Shown here one piece after another: positions 37,643-47,296 of a stretch of 64,000 nucleotides of DNA (position 1 is its first letter; every line of letters begins with the position of its first letter). The stretch is from an uncultured Clostridia bacterium (GTDB lineage: Bacteria; Bacillota; Clostridia; Oscillospirales; Acutalibacteraceae), in assembly GCA_947628175.1 (NCBI GenBank), contig CANQZA010000001.1, forward strand, positions 4,883-68,882, given 5' to 3'. The translations under genes and the position numbers were made by a program. The notes under the pieces were generated by a model. The model made no database searches and was not told the DNA's origin. It worked only from the letters and a program-made list of their open reading frames with translations.

Positions 37643-39421
37643 TTATTTTTTCGTGGTAACGGACCTCGTTTTGCTCCAGGAAGAATAAAGCTTTGTATTC
37701 TTTCCGTTCACCTTAACTGTTTTGTAGGTACGAATACGAACATAATACTTTTTCTTTGCCTTGAGCTTTGAGATTGCTTTTGAGGTCGTCTTGTTCTTCG
37801 ATACCGTTACCGTTTTTGCGGATTTGAATTTGCTGCTTGTACTGTACTGGATCTGATATCCCGTTGTCTGTGTTGTCAGCTTCTTCCACTTAACGGTAAA
37901 TTTCTTCTTCCCTGCCGTCAGCTTGCTGAGGCTTGTTGCCTTCGGCTTGATCGTAAAGGTCTTTTTTACCGTTCCGCTGTAATTTCCTTTGAATTTAATC
38001 GTTACAGTGTATTTGCCGACATTCTTTCTGCCCTTTGCGTAGGAAACCGTATAATTTTTTGAAGATATTTTCTTTCCCTTGCTGTCCTTTACCGTTACGG
38101 ACGGCTTCTTTACTTTTCCGTCATAGGTATAGCTTGTTTTGGAAAGGGTAATTGTCTTTGGGTAATAAATCGTCGATTTTGATTTAACCGCGCCGCACAC
38201 CGTGCATTTTGTTATTTTACTTCCGTTTTTCTTAACCGTTGCTTTCGTAGTATTTGTTTTGTAGGTATGCGCTTTTTTGGCAACCGTTTTCTGTGCCGTG
38301 ATAACCGTACCGCACACGGCGCAGTGACTGCCTGCTGTTTTGCCTGTCTTTGCGCAGGTCGCCGCAACCGCCTTGTCTGTCTCGGCTTTGTGCGGCGTTT
38401 TTGCAATCGGCTCAGATTTTGCTTCACCGCAAGATGAACAGGTATATGTCTTTATGCCTGCCGCTGTGCAGGTTGCGGGCGTCGTTATTTCACCATCATT
38501 CCATTCATGCGCATGAGCCGTTGAAATCAACTCGAAATCAAAGCCGTTATTCTGAGCAAAAAGTTTTGCATTTGAATTTTCCGTCCCGCATATTACAAGA
38601 TTTTTGTTCTTTGGGATTGCGTCAACGGGAATGACACAGTTATTATTTTTTATCGTTATTTTTTGCAAAGATGAACAACCGTAAAAGGCTTTTGTTCCTA
38701 TTGTTTTCACGCTTTCGGGCAGAAGTACCGTCTTTAGAGATGAACAACCGTAAAAGGCTTTTGTTCCTATTGTTTTCACGCTTTCGGGCAGAAGTACCGT
38801 CTTTAGATTTGTACACTTTAAGGCGGCGTAATCCTTAATTTCCCTCACGGTATCCGGCACTGCCGGTTCAGCGAGAGAATTTGCCGAGGGAACTGAAATC
38901 AGGATCGTTTTTGCCTTATTATAAAGCACACCGTTTAGCGAACAATAATTAGGATTGCTATTGTCAACCGTTATATTCTGCAAATTCGAGCCCACCGAAT
39001 CAGTAGCTGTCCTAAGCGCGTCATTACCTATTGATGTTACGGATGCAGGGATTGAAAAAGATGTTATTGACCTGCTTGCATAAAATGCACGCTCGCCTAT
39101 CCTTGTAACAGTATCTGGGATGGAAACGGTTTCAATGGCAAACATACTTGAAAAAGCAAAATTACCGATTGAGGTTACACCGTTTTCTATAACCAGCTTT
39201 TTCGCCTCATTAACATAGTCACGCCAAACTTTATTCTTATCGGTATTCCCCGTATAATCGGCCATATCCCCTTTTCCGGACACAGTAATTGTGCCACTGT
39301 CGTATTTTACGGTGACATCACCGCTCGCCCATTCAATGCCTGCGTACGCAATACGGGAAAAGCAGAAAACCGATGTCAAAGTCAAGGCAATTGCCATAAT
39401 AACTGACAGTGTTTTTTTCAT
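37643..39421 (-). CDS. Secreted BspA-type leucine-rich-repeat surface protein with Cys-containing TxATC repeats and Lys-rich Fn3 C-terminus
   Basis: Signal peptide; LRR_5 repeats (IPDTVTRIGERAF, LPESVKTIGTKAFYGCSSL); PATCT..G repeats; Fn3 TVKWKK..GYQIQYS..YYVRIR. Confidence 0.88.
   Translation of the reverse strand: MKKTLSVIMAIALTLTSVFCFSRIAYAGIEWASGDVTVKYDSGTITVSGKGDMADYTGNTDKNKVWRDYVNEAKKLVIENGVTSIGNFAFSSMFAIETVSIPDTVTRIGERAFYASRSITSFSIPASVTSIGNDALRTATDSVGSNLQNITVDNSNPNYCSLNGVLYNKAKTILISVPSANSLAEPAVPDTVREIKDYAALKCTNLKTVLLPESVKTIGTKAFYGCSSLKTVLLPESVKTIGTKAFYGCSSLQKITIKNNNCVIPVDAIPKNKNLVICGTENSNAKLFAQNNGFDFELISTAHAHEWNDGEITTPATCTAAGIKTYTCSSCGEAKSEPIAKTPHKAETDKAVAATCAKTGKTAGSHCAVCGTVITAQKTVAKKAHTYKTNTTKATVKKNGSKITKCTVCGAVKSKSTIYYPKTITLSKTSYTYDGKVKKPSVTVKDSKGKKISSKNYTVSYAKGRKNVGKYTVTIKFKGNYSGTVKKTFTIKPKATSLSKLTAGKKKFTVKWKKLTTQTTGYQIQYSTSSKFKSAKTVTVSKNKTTSKAISKLKAKKKYYVRIRTYKTVKVNGKNTKLYSSWSKTRSVTTKK
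38669..38806. repeat. Exact 69-bp tandem duplication (one 23-aa LRR unit)
   Basis: 38669-38737 is identical to 38738-38806 and encodes LKTVLLPESVKTIGTKAFYGCSS twice. Confidence 0.95.
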
Positions 39422-39650
39422 ACAATACCCCTTCTTTTTGACTTATCTTATGACGCATGCAAAATAAAGAATGCTTTTACAAACCGACTGTTTACATAAA
39501 AGATTATAATTAGAAAATTAGAAAATTTTGTCACAAAATACATTTTCACAGCGATATAGTAATGTGAGGAAATAAGTCGGTTTTGACCGTAAACAGAAGA
39601 TGACATAAAAAGAGCAATCTGTTTCTTTTGCGCACTGTATCATCTTATTC

Positions 39651-39679
39651 ATTATACCAAATGTATATACAATTATCAA
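39651..39679 (-). promoter_or_regulatory. Sigma-A promoter of the minus-strand LRR gene
   Basis: TTGATA-17 bp-TATAAT with extended TG, about 225 nt above the start. Confidence 0.6.
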
Positions 39680-39885
39680 CCGCATATTTGAGGTAAAATT
39701 TGCAAAACGGAAAAGGGATATGAAAAGGTACAGTTATGTACTGAAAATGTTAAATTTTTACAATACTGTTTTTTTATAACAATCTCTATGCTATAATGAT
39801 GTATTATAGATAACAGACAAAATCAGCATATACAGACATCGATAGATGGTATATTCTAACCACACAAGCGGAAAGGGTGATAAAA

Positions 39886-39919
39886 AACAATACATTCATT
39901 TTAACAATACATTCATTTT
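39886..39919. repeat. 17-bp exact tandem repeat
   Basis: aacaatacattcatttt twice, immediately before the large duplication. Confidence 0.9.
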
Positions 39920-39943
39920 AATTCAATAAAAAGGAGCAACAAG

Positions 39944-41230
39944 ATGAAAAAAGCAGCATCTGTTCTTTTGAGTTTACTGATACTCATCAGCAGCGTTTCC
40001 GGCCTTCAGATTACCGCTCAGGCGGCTGAAGCCACTGAAAACAAAACACTCTCATACAAGTATGAATATGAGACCAAGACGCTCTACATCACCGGAAAAG
40101 GAGAAATTCCGAAATATTATCTCGGCGTCTGGTATGATGATGAACTACTCTTTAACACTTATTTTGACGAAAAAAAGAAAGATTATTATATATACGAGGC
40201 AACAACAAACACATATACCAAAACCGATTACTGCAAAGAGGATATTTGTATTGAGAATTCTCAGCTACCCGACTTCTATAAGGACATAACACGCCATGTC
40301 AAACATATGGTAATCGGCGAAGGAATTACCGATATAGGCGGCGGTGCTTTTGAATCCATGTTTCCGAATCTGGAGACCGTCAAGCTGCCGAGTACTCTGA
40401 AAAGTATAGGTTGGAGCGCTTTCGGATATTCAAATCTGAAATCCGTTACGATTCCCGAAGGCACCAAATACATTCACGACAGTGCTTTTGTACATTGTAA
40501 TTCGCTGGAAGCAATTGTGTTTACAGGCAAAAAAACAAAAATTAAATCCGTCTATGATGAGCCGTATTTAGGCTCGCCAGAAGACCCGATTGTTTATTGC
40601 CCGGCAGATTCCAAGGTTCTTGAATATATTAAAGATTTTAATTATCCTATACATTGCATTGATTACAAAGTTGTAAGCAATCCCAAAAAAGTCGGCGGCT
40701 TAAAAGCGTCCGCAACAAGCAATACCGTTAAACTTACATGGTCTAAAGTAAGCGGCGCATCGCAATATCAAATTCAGCGCTATGTGAGCAGCCAAAAAAA
40801 GTGGAAAACAATCGCAACCGCAAAAACAAACAAATATACCGTTCAAAAACTCAGCGGCTCTACAAGCTATAAGTTCAGAGTGCGAGCTATAAAAAAGATT
40901 TACGACGGTAAATTTTACGGCAGTTTCAGCAAAACCATTACGGCAAAAACAAAGCCGGGCAAGGTAAGCGGCGTAAAGTTATCCGCAAAAAAAGGAAAGC
41001 TGACCGTGAAATGGAGCAAAACAAAAGGTGCAAAAGATTATCAGATATACTACTCCGCAAAAAAGAACGGCAGTTATAAGCGTATGACAACCACATCAAA
41101 AACAAGCTATACAAAAAAGCTGAAAAAAGGCAAAACTTATTACATCAAGGTTCGCGCGCGCCAAAAACAATCCAACGGAAAATATACCTGCGGTGCTTTT
41201 TCCGATATAAAAAGCATTAAAATCAAATAG
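39944..41230 (+). CDS. Secreted BspA-type LRR plus two Lys-rich Fn3 domains (copy 1)
   Basis: Signal peptide to AQA; LRR_5 (IGEGITDIGGGAF, LPSTLKSIGWSAF, IPEGTKYIHDSAF); Fn3 LTWSKVSGASQYQI..YKFRVRA and VKWSKTKGAKDYQIYYS. Confidence 0.88.
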   Translation: MKKAASVLLSLLILISSVSGLQITAQAAEATENKTLSYKYEYETKTLYITGKGEIPKYYLGVWYDDELLFNTYFDEKKKDYYIYEATTNTYTKTDYCKEDICIENSQLPDFYKDITRHVKHMVIGEGITDIGGGAFESMFPNLETVKLPSTLKSIGWSAFGYSNLKSVTIPEGTKYIHDSAFVHCNSLEAIVFTGKKTKIKSVYDEPYLGSPEDPIVYCPADSKVLEYIKDFNYPIHCIDYKVVSNPKKVGGLKASATSNTVKLTWSKVSGASQYQIQRYVSSQKKWKTIATAKTNKYTVQKLSGSTSYKFRVRAIKKIYDGKFYGSFSKTITAKTKPGKVSGVKLSAKKGKLTVKWSKTKGAKDYQIYYSAKKNGSYKRMTTTSKTSYTKKLKKGKTYYIKVRARQKQSNGKYTCGAFSDIKSIKIK

Positions 41231-41278
41231 CCGTTATCCACGGACAATTTTGATTATTCAATAAAAAGGAGCAACAAG

Positions 41279-42565
41279 ATGAAAAAAGCAGCATCTGTTC
41301 TTTTGAGTTTACTGATACTCATCAGCAGCGTTTCCGGCCTTCAGATTACCGCTCAGGCGGCTGAAGCCACTGAAAACAAAACACTCTCATACAAGTATGA
41401 ATATGAGACCAAGACGCTCTACATCACCGGAAAAGGAGAAATTCCGAAATATTATCTCGGCGTCTGGTATGATGATGAACTACTCTTTAACACTTATTTT
41501 GACGAAAAAAAGAAAGATTATTATATATACGAGGCAACAACAAACACATATACCAAAACCGATTACTGCAAAGAGGATATTTGTATTGAGAATTCTCAGC
41601 TACCCGACTTCTATAAGGACATAACACGCCATGTCAAACATATGGTAATCGGCGAAGGAATTACCGATATAGGCGGCGGTGCTTTTGAATCCATGTTTCC
41701 GAATCTGGAGACCGTCAAGCTGCCGAGTACTCTGAAAAGTATAGGTTGGAGCGCTTTCGGATATTCAAATCTGAAATCCGTTACGATTCCCGAAGGCACC
41801 AAATACATTCACGACAGTGCTTTTGTACATTGTAATTCGCTGGAAGCAATTGTGTTTACAGGCAAAAAAACAAAAATTAAATCCGTCTATGATGAGCCGT
41901 ATTTAGGCTCGCCAGAAGACCCGATTGTTTATTGCCCGGCAGATTCCAAGGTTCTTGAATATATTAAAGATTTTAATTATCCTATACATTGCATTGATTA
42001 CAAAGTTGTAAGCAATCCCAAAAAAGTCGGCGGCTTAAAAGCGTCCGCAACAAGCAATACCGTTAAACTTACATGGTCTAAAGTAAGCGGCGCATCGCAA
42101 TATCAAATTCAGCGCTATGTGAGCAGCCAAAAAAAGTGGAAAACAATCGCAACCGCAAAAACAAACAAATATACCGTTCAAAAACTCAGCGGCTCTACAA
42201 GCTATAAGTTCAGAGTGCGAGCTATAAAAAAGATTTACGACGGTAAATTTTACGGCAGTTTCAGCAAAACCATTACGGCAAAAACAAAGCCGGGCAAGGT
42301 AAGCGGCGTAAAGTTATCCGCAAAAAAAGGAAAGCTGACCGTGAAATGGAGCAAAACAAAAGGTGCAAAAGATTATCAGATATACTACTCCGCAAAAAAG
42401 AACGGCAGTTATAAGCGTATGACAACCACATCAAAAACAAGCTATACAAAAAAGCTGAAAAAAGGCAAAACTTATTACATCAAGGTTCGCGCGCGCCAAA
42501 AACAATCCAACGGAAAATATACCTGCGGTGCTTTTTCCGATATAAAAAGCATTAAAATCAAATAG
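41279..42565 (+). CDS. Secreted BspA-type LRR plus two Fn3 domains (copy 2, identical)
   Basis: Translation identical to 39944-41230, with the same RBS AAGGAG. Confidence 0.85.
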   Translation: MKKAASVLLSLLILISSVSGLQITAQAAEATENKTLSYKYEYETKTLYITGKGEIPKYYLGVWYDDELLFNTYFDEKKKDYYIYEATTNTYTKTDYCKEDICIENSQLPDFYKDITRHVKHMVIGEGITDIGGGAFESMFPNLETVKLPSTLKSIGWSAFGYSNLKSVTIPEGTKYIHDSAFVHCNSLEAIVFTGKKTKIKSVYDEPYLGSPEDPIVYCPADSKVLEYIKDFNYPIHCIDYKVVSNPKKVGGLKASATSNTVKLTWSKVSGASQYQIQRYVSSQKKWKTIATAKTNKYTVQKLSGSTSYKFRVRAIKKIYDGKFYGSFSKTITAKTKPGKVSGVKLSAKKGKLTVKWSKTKGAKDYQIYYSAKKNGSYKRMTTTSKTSYTKKLKKGKTYYIKVRARQKQSNGKYTCGAFSDIKSIKIK

Positions 42566-42596
42566 CCGTTATCCACGGACAATTTTGACATAAACA

Positions 42597-42628
42597 ATGA
42601 AACGCCCTGCAAATGCAAGGCGTTTCAT
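42597..42628. terminator. Bidirectional terminator
   Basis: atgaaacgcc-ctgcaaatgcaa-ggcgtttcat between convergent genes. Confidence 0.7.
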
Positions 42629-42656
42629 CATTTTATTTTCAAATCGAATATATATT

Positions 42657-44123
42657 TTATTTTTCTGCTCTGCGCTGTGCAAGCTTTGAGGCAATCTCAG
42701 CCTTTTTCTTGCCGACTATATCATATTTGAACATAGGAATAATGGAAATAAGCGAAAGGATACCGGGCATAACAGTATATGCAAAGAATACAATATCCTT
42801 TGTCTTTGTATCAAAGCCGGCAACTGTTCCGGCAGTAATCTGAGATACTGTATCCGAATAACCCGAGACCTGAATGAATACAAGCCCTAAAGCGGTTCCG
42901 AGCGCAAGGCAAACCTTAATTGTGAGGGTTAAAACAGAATACGCTGCGCCCTCCATTCTCTTACCTGTTTCATATTCATAATAGTCAACACAGTCAGCGG
43001 TCATTATCATCGGCATAAGTGTTACTGCGGCAAACTGCAGTCCAATTAAGAACAGAAATACATAAAACAGAATCTTTAAAATCGTATTATCGGGATTTCT
43101 GAACATCATAAATCCGACAATAAATGACAAAACAGACACAACAAAACCGTAAACGGACATCAGAATATAAACATTTTTCTCTCCCATTTTTTTAATAAGG
43201 AGAGGACAAATTGCCATGCTTATCATTGAGCCAACAGCGGTAACTATGCCCAAAACAGCAACAAGATTCTGGCTTCCGAGAAGTACATTTGCGGCCTGAA
43301 CCTGAATTCCCATTGCCATCTGCCTGCCGAAGCCGAGAAAATAAGAAATGATTACCAGCATAAGGGGCTTATTGTTTTTTAATGCCGAAATCATATCCTT
43401 AAATGTTGTTTTTTCGCCGGCAACATACGGAACACGCTCTTTATTGAGCATGGGAATCAGCGCAAAAAGAATACAGCCCAAAAGAGCAGTCAGTACAGCG
43501 GTCCAAAAATACTCTGTTGAAATCATAGGCGTATCTGTTTCACCGCTTGAAACAAACACCTTTGAACCGTTAGGAATAATGATACACACAATCGGAACAA
43601 TGACCACGCAGGCAGAAAAGCCGATTTGCTTAAAAGTATTTGAAATAGAAACGACATTGGTCCTCTCTGTCGGATTCGGCGTTAAAACCGACGCAATTCC
43701 CTGTGACGGAACATCACCGAGCGTCATCGCAAGACTCCAGACAAGATATGTAACAAAAATCCATATATAGACTGCCATTTTATTTTCTTTAAAAGGAACA
43801 TTCACAAACACAACAGCTGTCATAACAAGAAGCGGTAAAAGAGAATACATAATCATAGACTTGAATTTACCATGCCTGCTTTTGGATCTGTCAATTAGAT
43901 TGCCCACAACCGGGTCAAAAACGGCTGAAACGATTTTGGCAACAAGAATCAGTATACCTACTATTGCTATATCCGCACCTAAAACTGATGCGTCAAACTC
44001 CGCCTGATATGAATTGAGCAGACCGACTATTGCCTGAAAGCCGAAAAGTCCCAGTGAATAGGCTGCAATCTCCTTGAATTTCATATGCTTTTGTGTGGTT
44101 ATATCATTTACAGAATTACGCAT
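42657..44123 (-). CDS. MFS glycoside-pentoside-hexuronide (MelB/GPH) family transporter
   Basis: AVFDPVVGNLIDR..SRHGKF, TLGDVP..IASVLT.NP.ER, ADCVDYYEYETGKRMEG; about 12 TMs. Start trimmed to ATG 44123 (RBS GGAGGTG). Confidence 0.9.
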   Translation of the reverse strand: MRNSVNDITTQKHMKFKEIAAYSLGLFGFQAIVGLLNSYQAEFDASVLGADIAIVGILILVAKIVSAVFDPVVGNLIDRSKSRHGKFKSMIMYSLLPLLVMTAVVFVNVPFKENKMAVYIWIFVTYLVWSLAMTLGDVPSQGIASVLTPNPTERTNVVSISNTFKQIGFSACVVIVPIVCIIIPNGSKVFVSSGETDTPMISTEYFWTAVLTALLGCILFALIPMLNKERVPYVAGEKTTFKDMISALKNNKPLMLVIISYFLGFGRQMAMGIQVQAANVLLGSQNLVAVLGIVTAVGSMISMAICPLLIKKMGEKNVYILMSVYGFVVSVLSFIVGFMMFRNPDNTILKILFYVFLFLIGLQFAAVTLMPMIMTADCVDYYEYETGKRMEGAAYSVLTLTIKVCLALGTALGLVFIQVSGYSDTVSQITAGTVAGFDTKTKDIVFFAYTVMPGILSLISIIPMFKYDIVGKKKAEIASKLAQRRAEK

Positions 44124-44148
44124 AAGCAACACCTCCGAAAATAAGCGC

Positions 44149-44185
44149 AAAAAGGCGAAACCGCCATTGGCTGTTTCGTCTTTTT
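44149..44185. terminator. Intergenic hairpin between SDR and MFS genes
   Basis: aaaaggcgaaac...gtttcgtctttt. Confidence 0.5.
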
Positions 44186-44190
44186 ATCAA

Positions 44191-45042
44191 TCAGTTTTTA
44201 AACACATCATTAAAAAGGTCGATATCTGCCGCTTTCATAACAGCGGAAAAAAGCTCCGATCCTATAACCGGCATCATTCTGTTGAAAACGGACATCGCAT
44301 GTGCGTCAAAACCGTGAACCATCATCGGTCGCTTATGCTCAATGCCGAACATAATCATTTTAACCATACGGTCACAGTCCGTTGATATCATATCCATAAC
44401 CTTCTGTCCCTTGCCGCCGTCATTTTTCTGGTCGCGGAAAATATCAGTCTTTGTAAAGCCGGGGCAGACAAGTCCCACATAGCACTCGCCCTTAAACTCA
44501 ACCCTCAAAGCCTCTGTAAAACCTTTAAGCGCGGCTTTTGAGGCGCTGTACATGGATGTTCCTGCCAATGTCATAAGCGCTGCGGATGAATCAATATTGA
44601 CAATGCCCGGATCATCCTGCTCAAGAAGAACAGGAAGAAGAGTTTTTACACTGTACACGCATGAGTAAAAATTGATATTTATTGCCCGTTCAATCTCATC
44701 ATATGAATATCTGTCAAATCTTTTGAATTTAGGAAGAATGCCCGCATTATTAATAAGCAGGGAAGGTCTTATATTGTCCTCCTCAAGCTCCTTTGCAAAA
44801 TTCTCCCAATTCTCCCTGACAGACACATCAAAAAGCTTGTAGGAAAACTGCTCGGCATAGGTCGGCCCGAGCTCCTCAATAAATTTGAGCATCTTAGGCT
44901 CGCTTCTTGCTACGCCTACAACTCTGCAGCCATGCTTTTTTATGAGCGTAGCCGCAATACCGGCGCCCATTCCTCCCGACGCACCCGTCACGATAACGGT
45001 TTTACCTTTGAGCCATGCGCCGTTGCTGCAAAAATCCGTCAT
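44191..45042 (-). CDS. Classical short-chain dehydrogenase/reductase
   Basis: TGASGGMG (TGxxxGxG), NNAG, catalytic S and YSASK (YxxxK), PG. Confidence 0.92.
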   Translation of the reverse strand: MTDFCSNGAWLKGKTVIVTGASGGMGAGIAATLIKKHGCRVVGVARSEPKMLKFIEELGPTYAEQFSYKLFDVSVRENWENFAKELEEDNIRPSLLINNAGILPKFKRFDRYSYDEIERAININFYSCVYSVKTLLPVLLEQDDPGIVNIDSSAALMTLAGTSMYSASKAALKGFTEALRVEFKGECYVGLVCPGFTKTDIFRDQKNDGGKGQKVMDMISTDCDRMVKMIMFGIEHKRPMMVHGFDAHAMSVFNRMMPVIGSELFSAVMKAADIDLFNDVFKN

Positions 45043-45310
45043 ATATTCATCCTCCTGAAAATATTTAGTAAATAATGATAATATTATATAATACCAATTT
45101 CAATATTACAATGTTTTTTGTACAGATAATAAAAAAATTCTTTATTATCAACCGGGTTTGTGAATGATTTTTACATTTAATTGTTCTTTTTTAACAAATT
45201 AAAGACGCCTTTTTTGGTACTATTTCCGAATATTTTACAGTTGATTGATTTATAAAAATTGTTATGATAAAATTTATATAGATGTTTATTTTTCTTTATG
45301 GGTGAATGGG

Positions 45311-45853
45311 ATGGACAGAAGAATAAAGAGAACAAAAAGTGCTGTTTTCAACGCAGTTCTTGATCTTTTGGTTGAAAAGGAGACCAACAAAATAACTGTT
45401 CTTGAACTGTGCAAAAGAGCAGACATAAACAAAAGTACATTTTACCTGCATTATAAAAGCATAGACGACTGCCTGCAGAGCTGTTTTCAGCAGGTAATGG
45501 ATAGTGTTGTCGAAATATCAAAAAAAATCGATTATATAGAGATACAAAGGGATCCCCGTCCGGTAATAAGCGAGCTTCTGGATGAGATTGAGAAGAAAAC
45601 CGAGTATCTTTACAAATTCAAGTCAAGCAGTATATGCGGTCCCGCAATTAGAGTGCTCAAAGAAAATCTTGTTGTGGCCATTGCGCAAAACAACGGTTTT
45701 ACCATTCAAGAAAACTATTATGAAGTATCTACAATTACCTTCGCCGTCGCGGGATGTATTGACGCATTGATTGATCCTCTTCCCATTTTCAAAAAAGACG
45801 AACTGTTAAGAGTTATCTGCGGCATGATAAAAACGCATAATCCGAATTTATAA
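45311..45853 (+). CDS. TetR/AcrR-family regulator
   Basis: MDRRIKRTK..ITVLELCKRADINKSTFYLHY; divergent from the SDR. Start trimmed to ATG 45311. Confidence 0.92.
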   Translation: MDRRIKRTKSAVFNAVLDLLVEKETNKITVLELCKRADINKSTFYLHYKSIDDCLQSCFQQVMDSVVEISKKIDYIEIQRDPRPVISELLDEIEKKTEYLYKFKSSSICGPAIRVLKENLVVAIAQNNGFTIQENYYEVSTITFAVAGCIDALIDPLPIFKKDELLRVICGMIKTHNPNL

Positions 45854-45879
45854 TAAAAACCGCATAATGATATTGAAAT

Positions 45880-45915
45880 AAAAAATGTACAATCTTCAGT
45901 GATTGTACATTTTTT
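45880..45915. terminator. AT-rich perfect palindrome between convergent genes
   Basis: aaaaaatgtacaatc-ttcagt-gattgtacatttttt (15-bp arms). Confidence 0.55.
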
Positions 45916-45930
45916 ATTTATCATATAAAT

Positions 45931-47283
45931 TTAAAACATTTTATTAAGCTGTGCAAAATCCTTGGCATTTATGATTCCGTCGGCAACAACATCCAGATAT
46001 GCATTGTAATTGCTGTCGCCTTGTGATGCATGAATACATTCCGCAAACTGAACCGTCTGTAAGTTTTCAGAACAAACGGTACAGCTTATTACCGCTTCCC
46101 CGTCCGCGAAAGCTGACAGCGCAGGCGTGTGATTATCCGCCCAAACGATATACACATCCATATCAGAGGTTACATTTGTTACATCTTCGCTCCATGAATC
46201 AAACACTTTGCATGGAGGCGCATCAGGAAGTGCGGGCTCCACGGCGGCTGTATTTTCATTGACCAGAGCATAGCTCAACCTTTCCTGCATATCATCGGAT
46301 GTATAAAAATTGACCTGGTAAAAATCACGGATAATATCAAGATGAACCCTCATATCCTCACTGCCGCTAAGACCTACATAATATGTATAGTCTATTCCAT
46401 CTGCAATTTTATCGACCTCATCAACAATAAAGCCTGTGCCTGTATATGCCTTCTCCTCCTGTGTATCAAGGCTGGATGTCGTTAAATATGAGGCATTATC
46501 CACTATAAAGCTGATATTCGCCTTAGAATCAATCAGCACAGCTCTTGCCGATGCGGTCTGATTGCCGATCATATAGTCAGTAACTATACCGAGAGAGGTA
46601 TTTCTGCTCAGATCAAGTGAAAGAATATGATTATAGGAACAGTTAAGCATTCTGAGCATCGGGCAACTTGATGTTATGAGCGTTTCCAGCTCATTATTGA
46701 AACACATCAATTCCTCAAGCGAAATCATATTTGAGAGATCAATATCCGTTATATAATTTGTATAGCAATATAGAGTTTCAACACCTCTGAGTCCCTCAAG
46801 ATTAAGCGTTGTAAGCTCGTTACCCTGACATCTGATATCGGTCAGATTTACATTATGCCTCAAATCAAGCTCAGTCAGTTCATTACCGTTGCATGAAAGG
46901 GAAGTCAGCATTTCAAGTGCGGAAATATCAAGGCTTTTAAGCCCTATATCCCCGCATCTTAAAATTTTAAGAGAGTCGGCAAAGTATTCTATACCTTCAA
47001 GATTCTCAATAAAGGAACGCTCATTTACAACAGGGCTGGTACCGCTGTCTATCAAATCCTCAAGCATACCGCTTACTGTCATAATATTTACATTTCTCTC
47101 TTCAGCGCTTAGGTAACCGTCATCGTTTTTATCATAGTTTACCCTTACCACCTCCCTGAACACAGGATCAGGGAAAGTGGTGTCATTTATTACAATAAGA
47201 TTATCCGCAAAAGCATAAAAGCAGGTTGAAAGAATAAGTAATGACATTAAAAACGATAAAGATTTTTTTAATGATTTTTTCAT
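45931..47283 (-). CDS. Secreted internalin-type LRR protein with EF-hand-like N-cap, InlB B-repeat-like segment and dockerin-like C-terminal motif
   Basis: Signal peptide; FPDPVFR..DKNDDGYLS; LRRs LxxLxCxxNxLxxLDL; KVFDSWSEDVTNVTSDMDVY; LDVVADGIINAKDFAQL. Confidence 0.8.
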   Translation of the reverse strand: MKKSLKKSLSFLMSLLILSTCFYAFADNLIVINDTTFPDPVFREVVRVNYDKNDDGYLSAEERNVNIMTVSGMLEDLIDSGTSPVVNERSFIENLEGIEYFADSLKILRCGDIGLKSLDISALEMLTSLSCNGNELTELDLRHNVNLTDIRCQGNELTTLNLEGLRGVETLYCYTNYITDIDLSNMISLEELMCFNNELETLITSSCPMLRMLNCSYNHILSLDLSRNTSLGIVTDYMIGNQTASARAVLIDSKANISFIVDNASYLTTSSLDTQEEKAYTGTGFIVDEVDKIADGIDYTYYVGLSGSEDMRVHLDIIRDFYQVNFYTSDDMQERLSYALVNENTAAVEPALPDAPPCKVFDSWSEDVTNVTSDMDVYIVWADNHTPALSAFADGEAVISCTVCSENLQTVQFAECIHASQGDSNYNAYLDVVADGIINAKDFAQLNKMF

Positions 47284-47296
47284 TGTTACTGCCTCC

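Larger units (their letters stand above)
39921..42588. repeat. About 1333-bp direct tandem duplication (39921-41253 and 41256-42588)
   Basis: Both copies are offset by 1335 bp. The 428-aa ORFs and the alternative-frame ORFs are identical, and all spot-checked DNA is identical. Confidence 0.95.
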
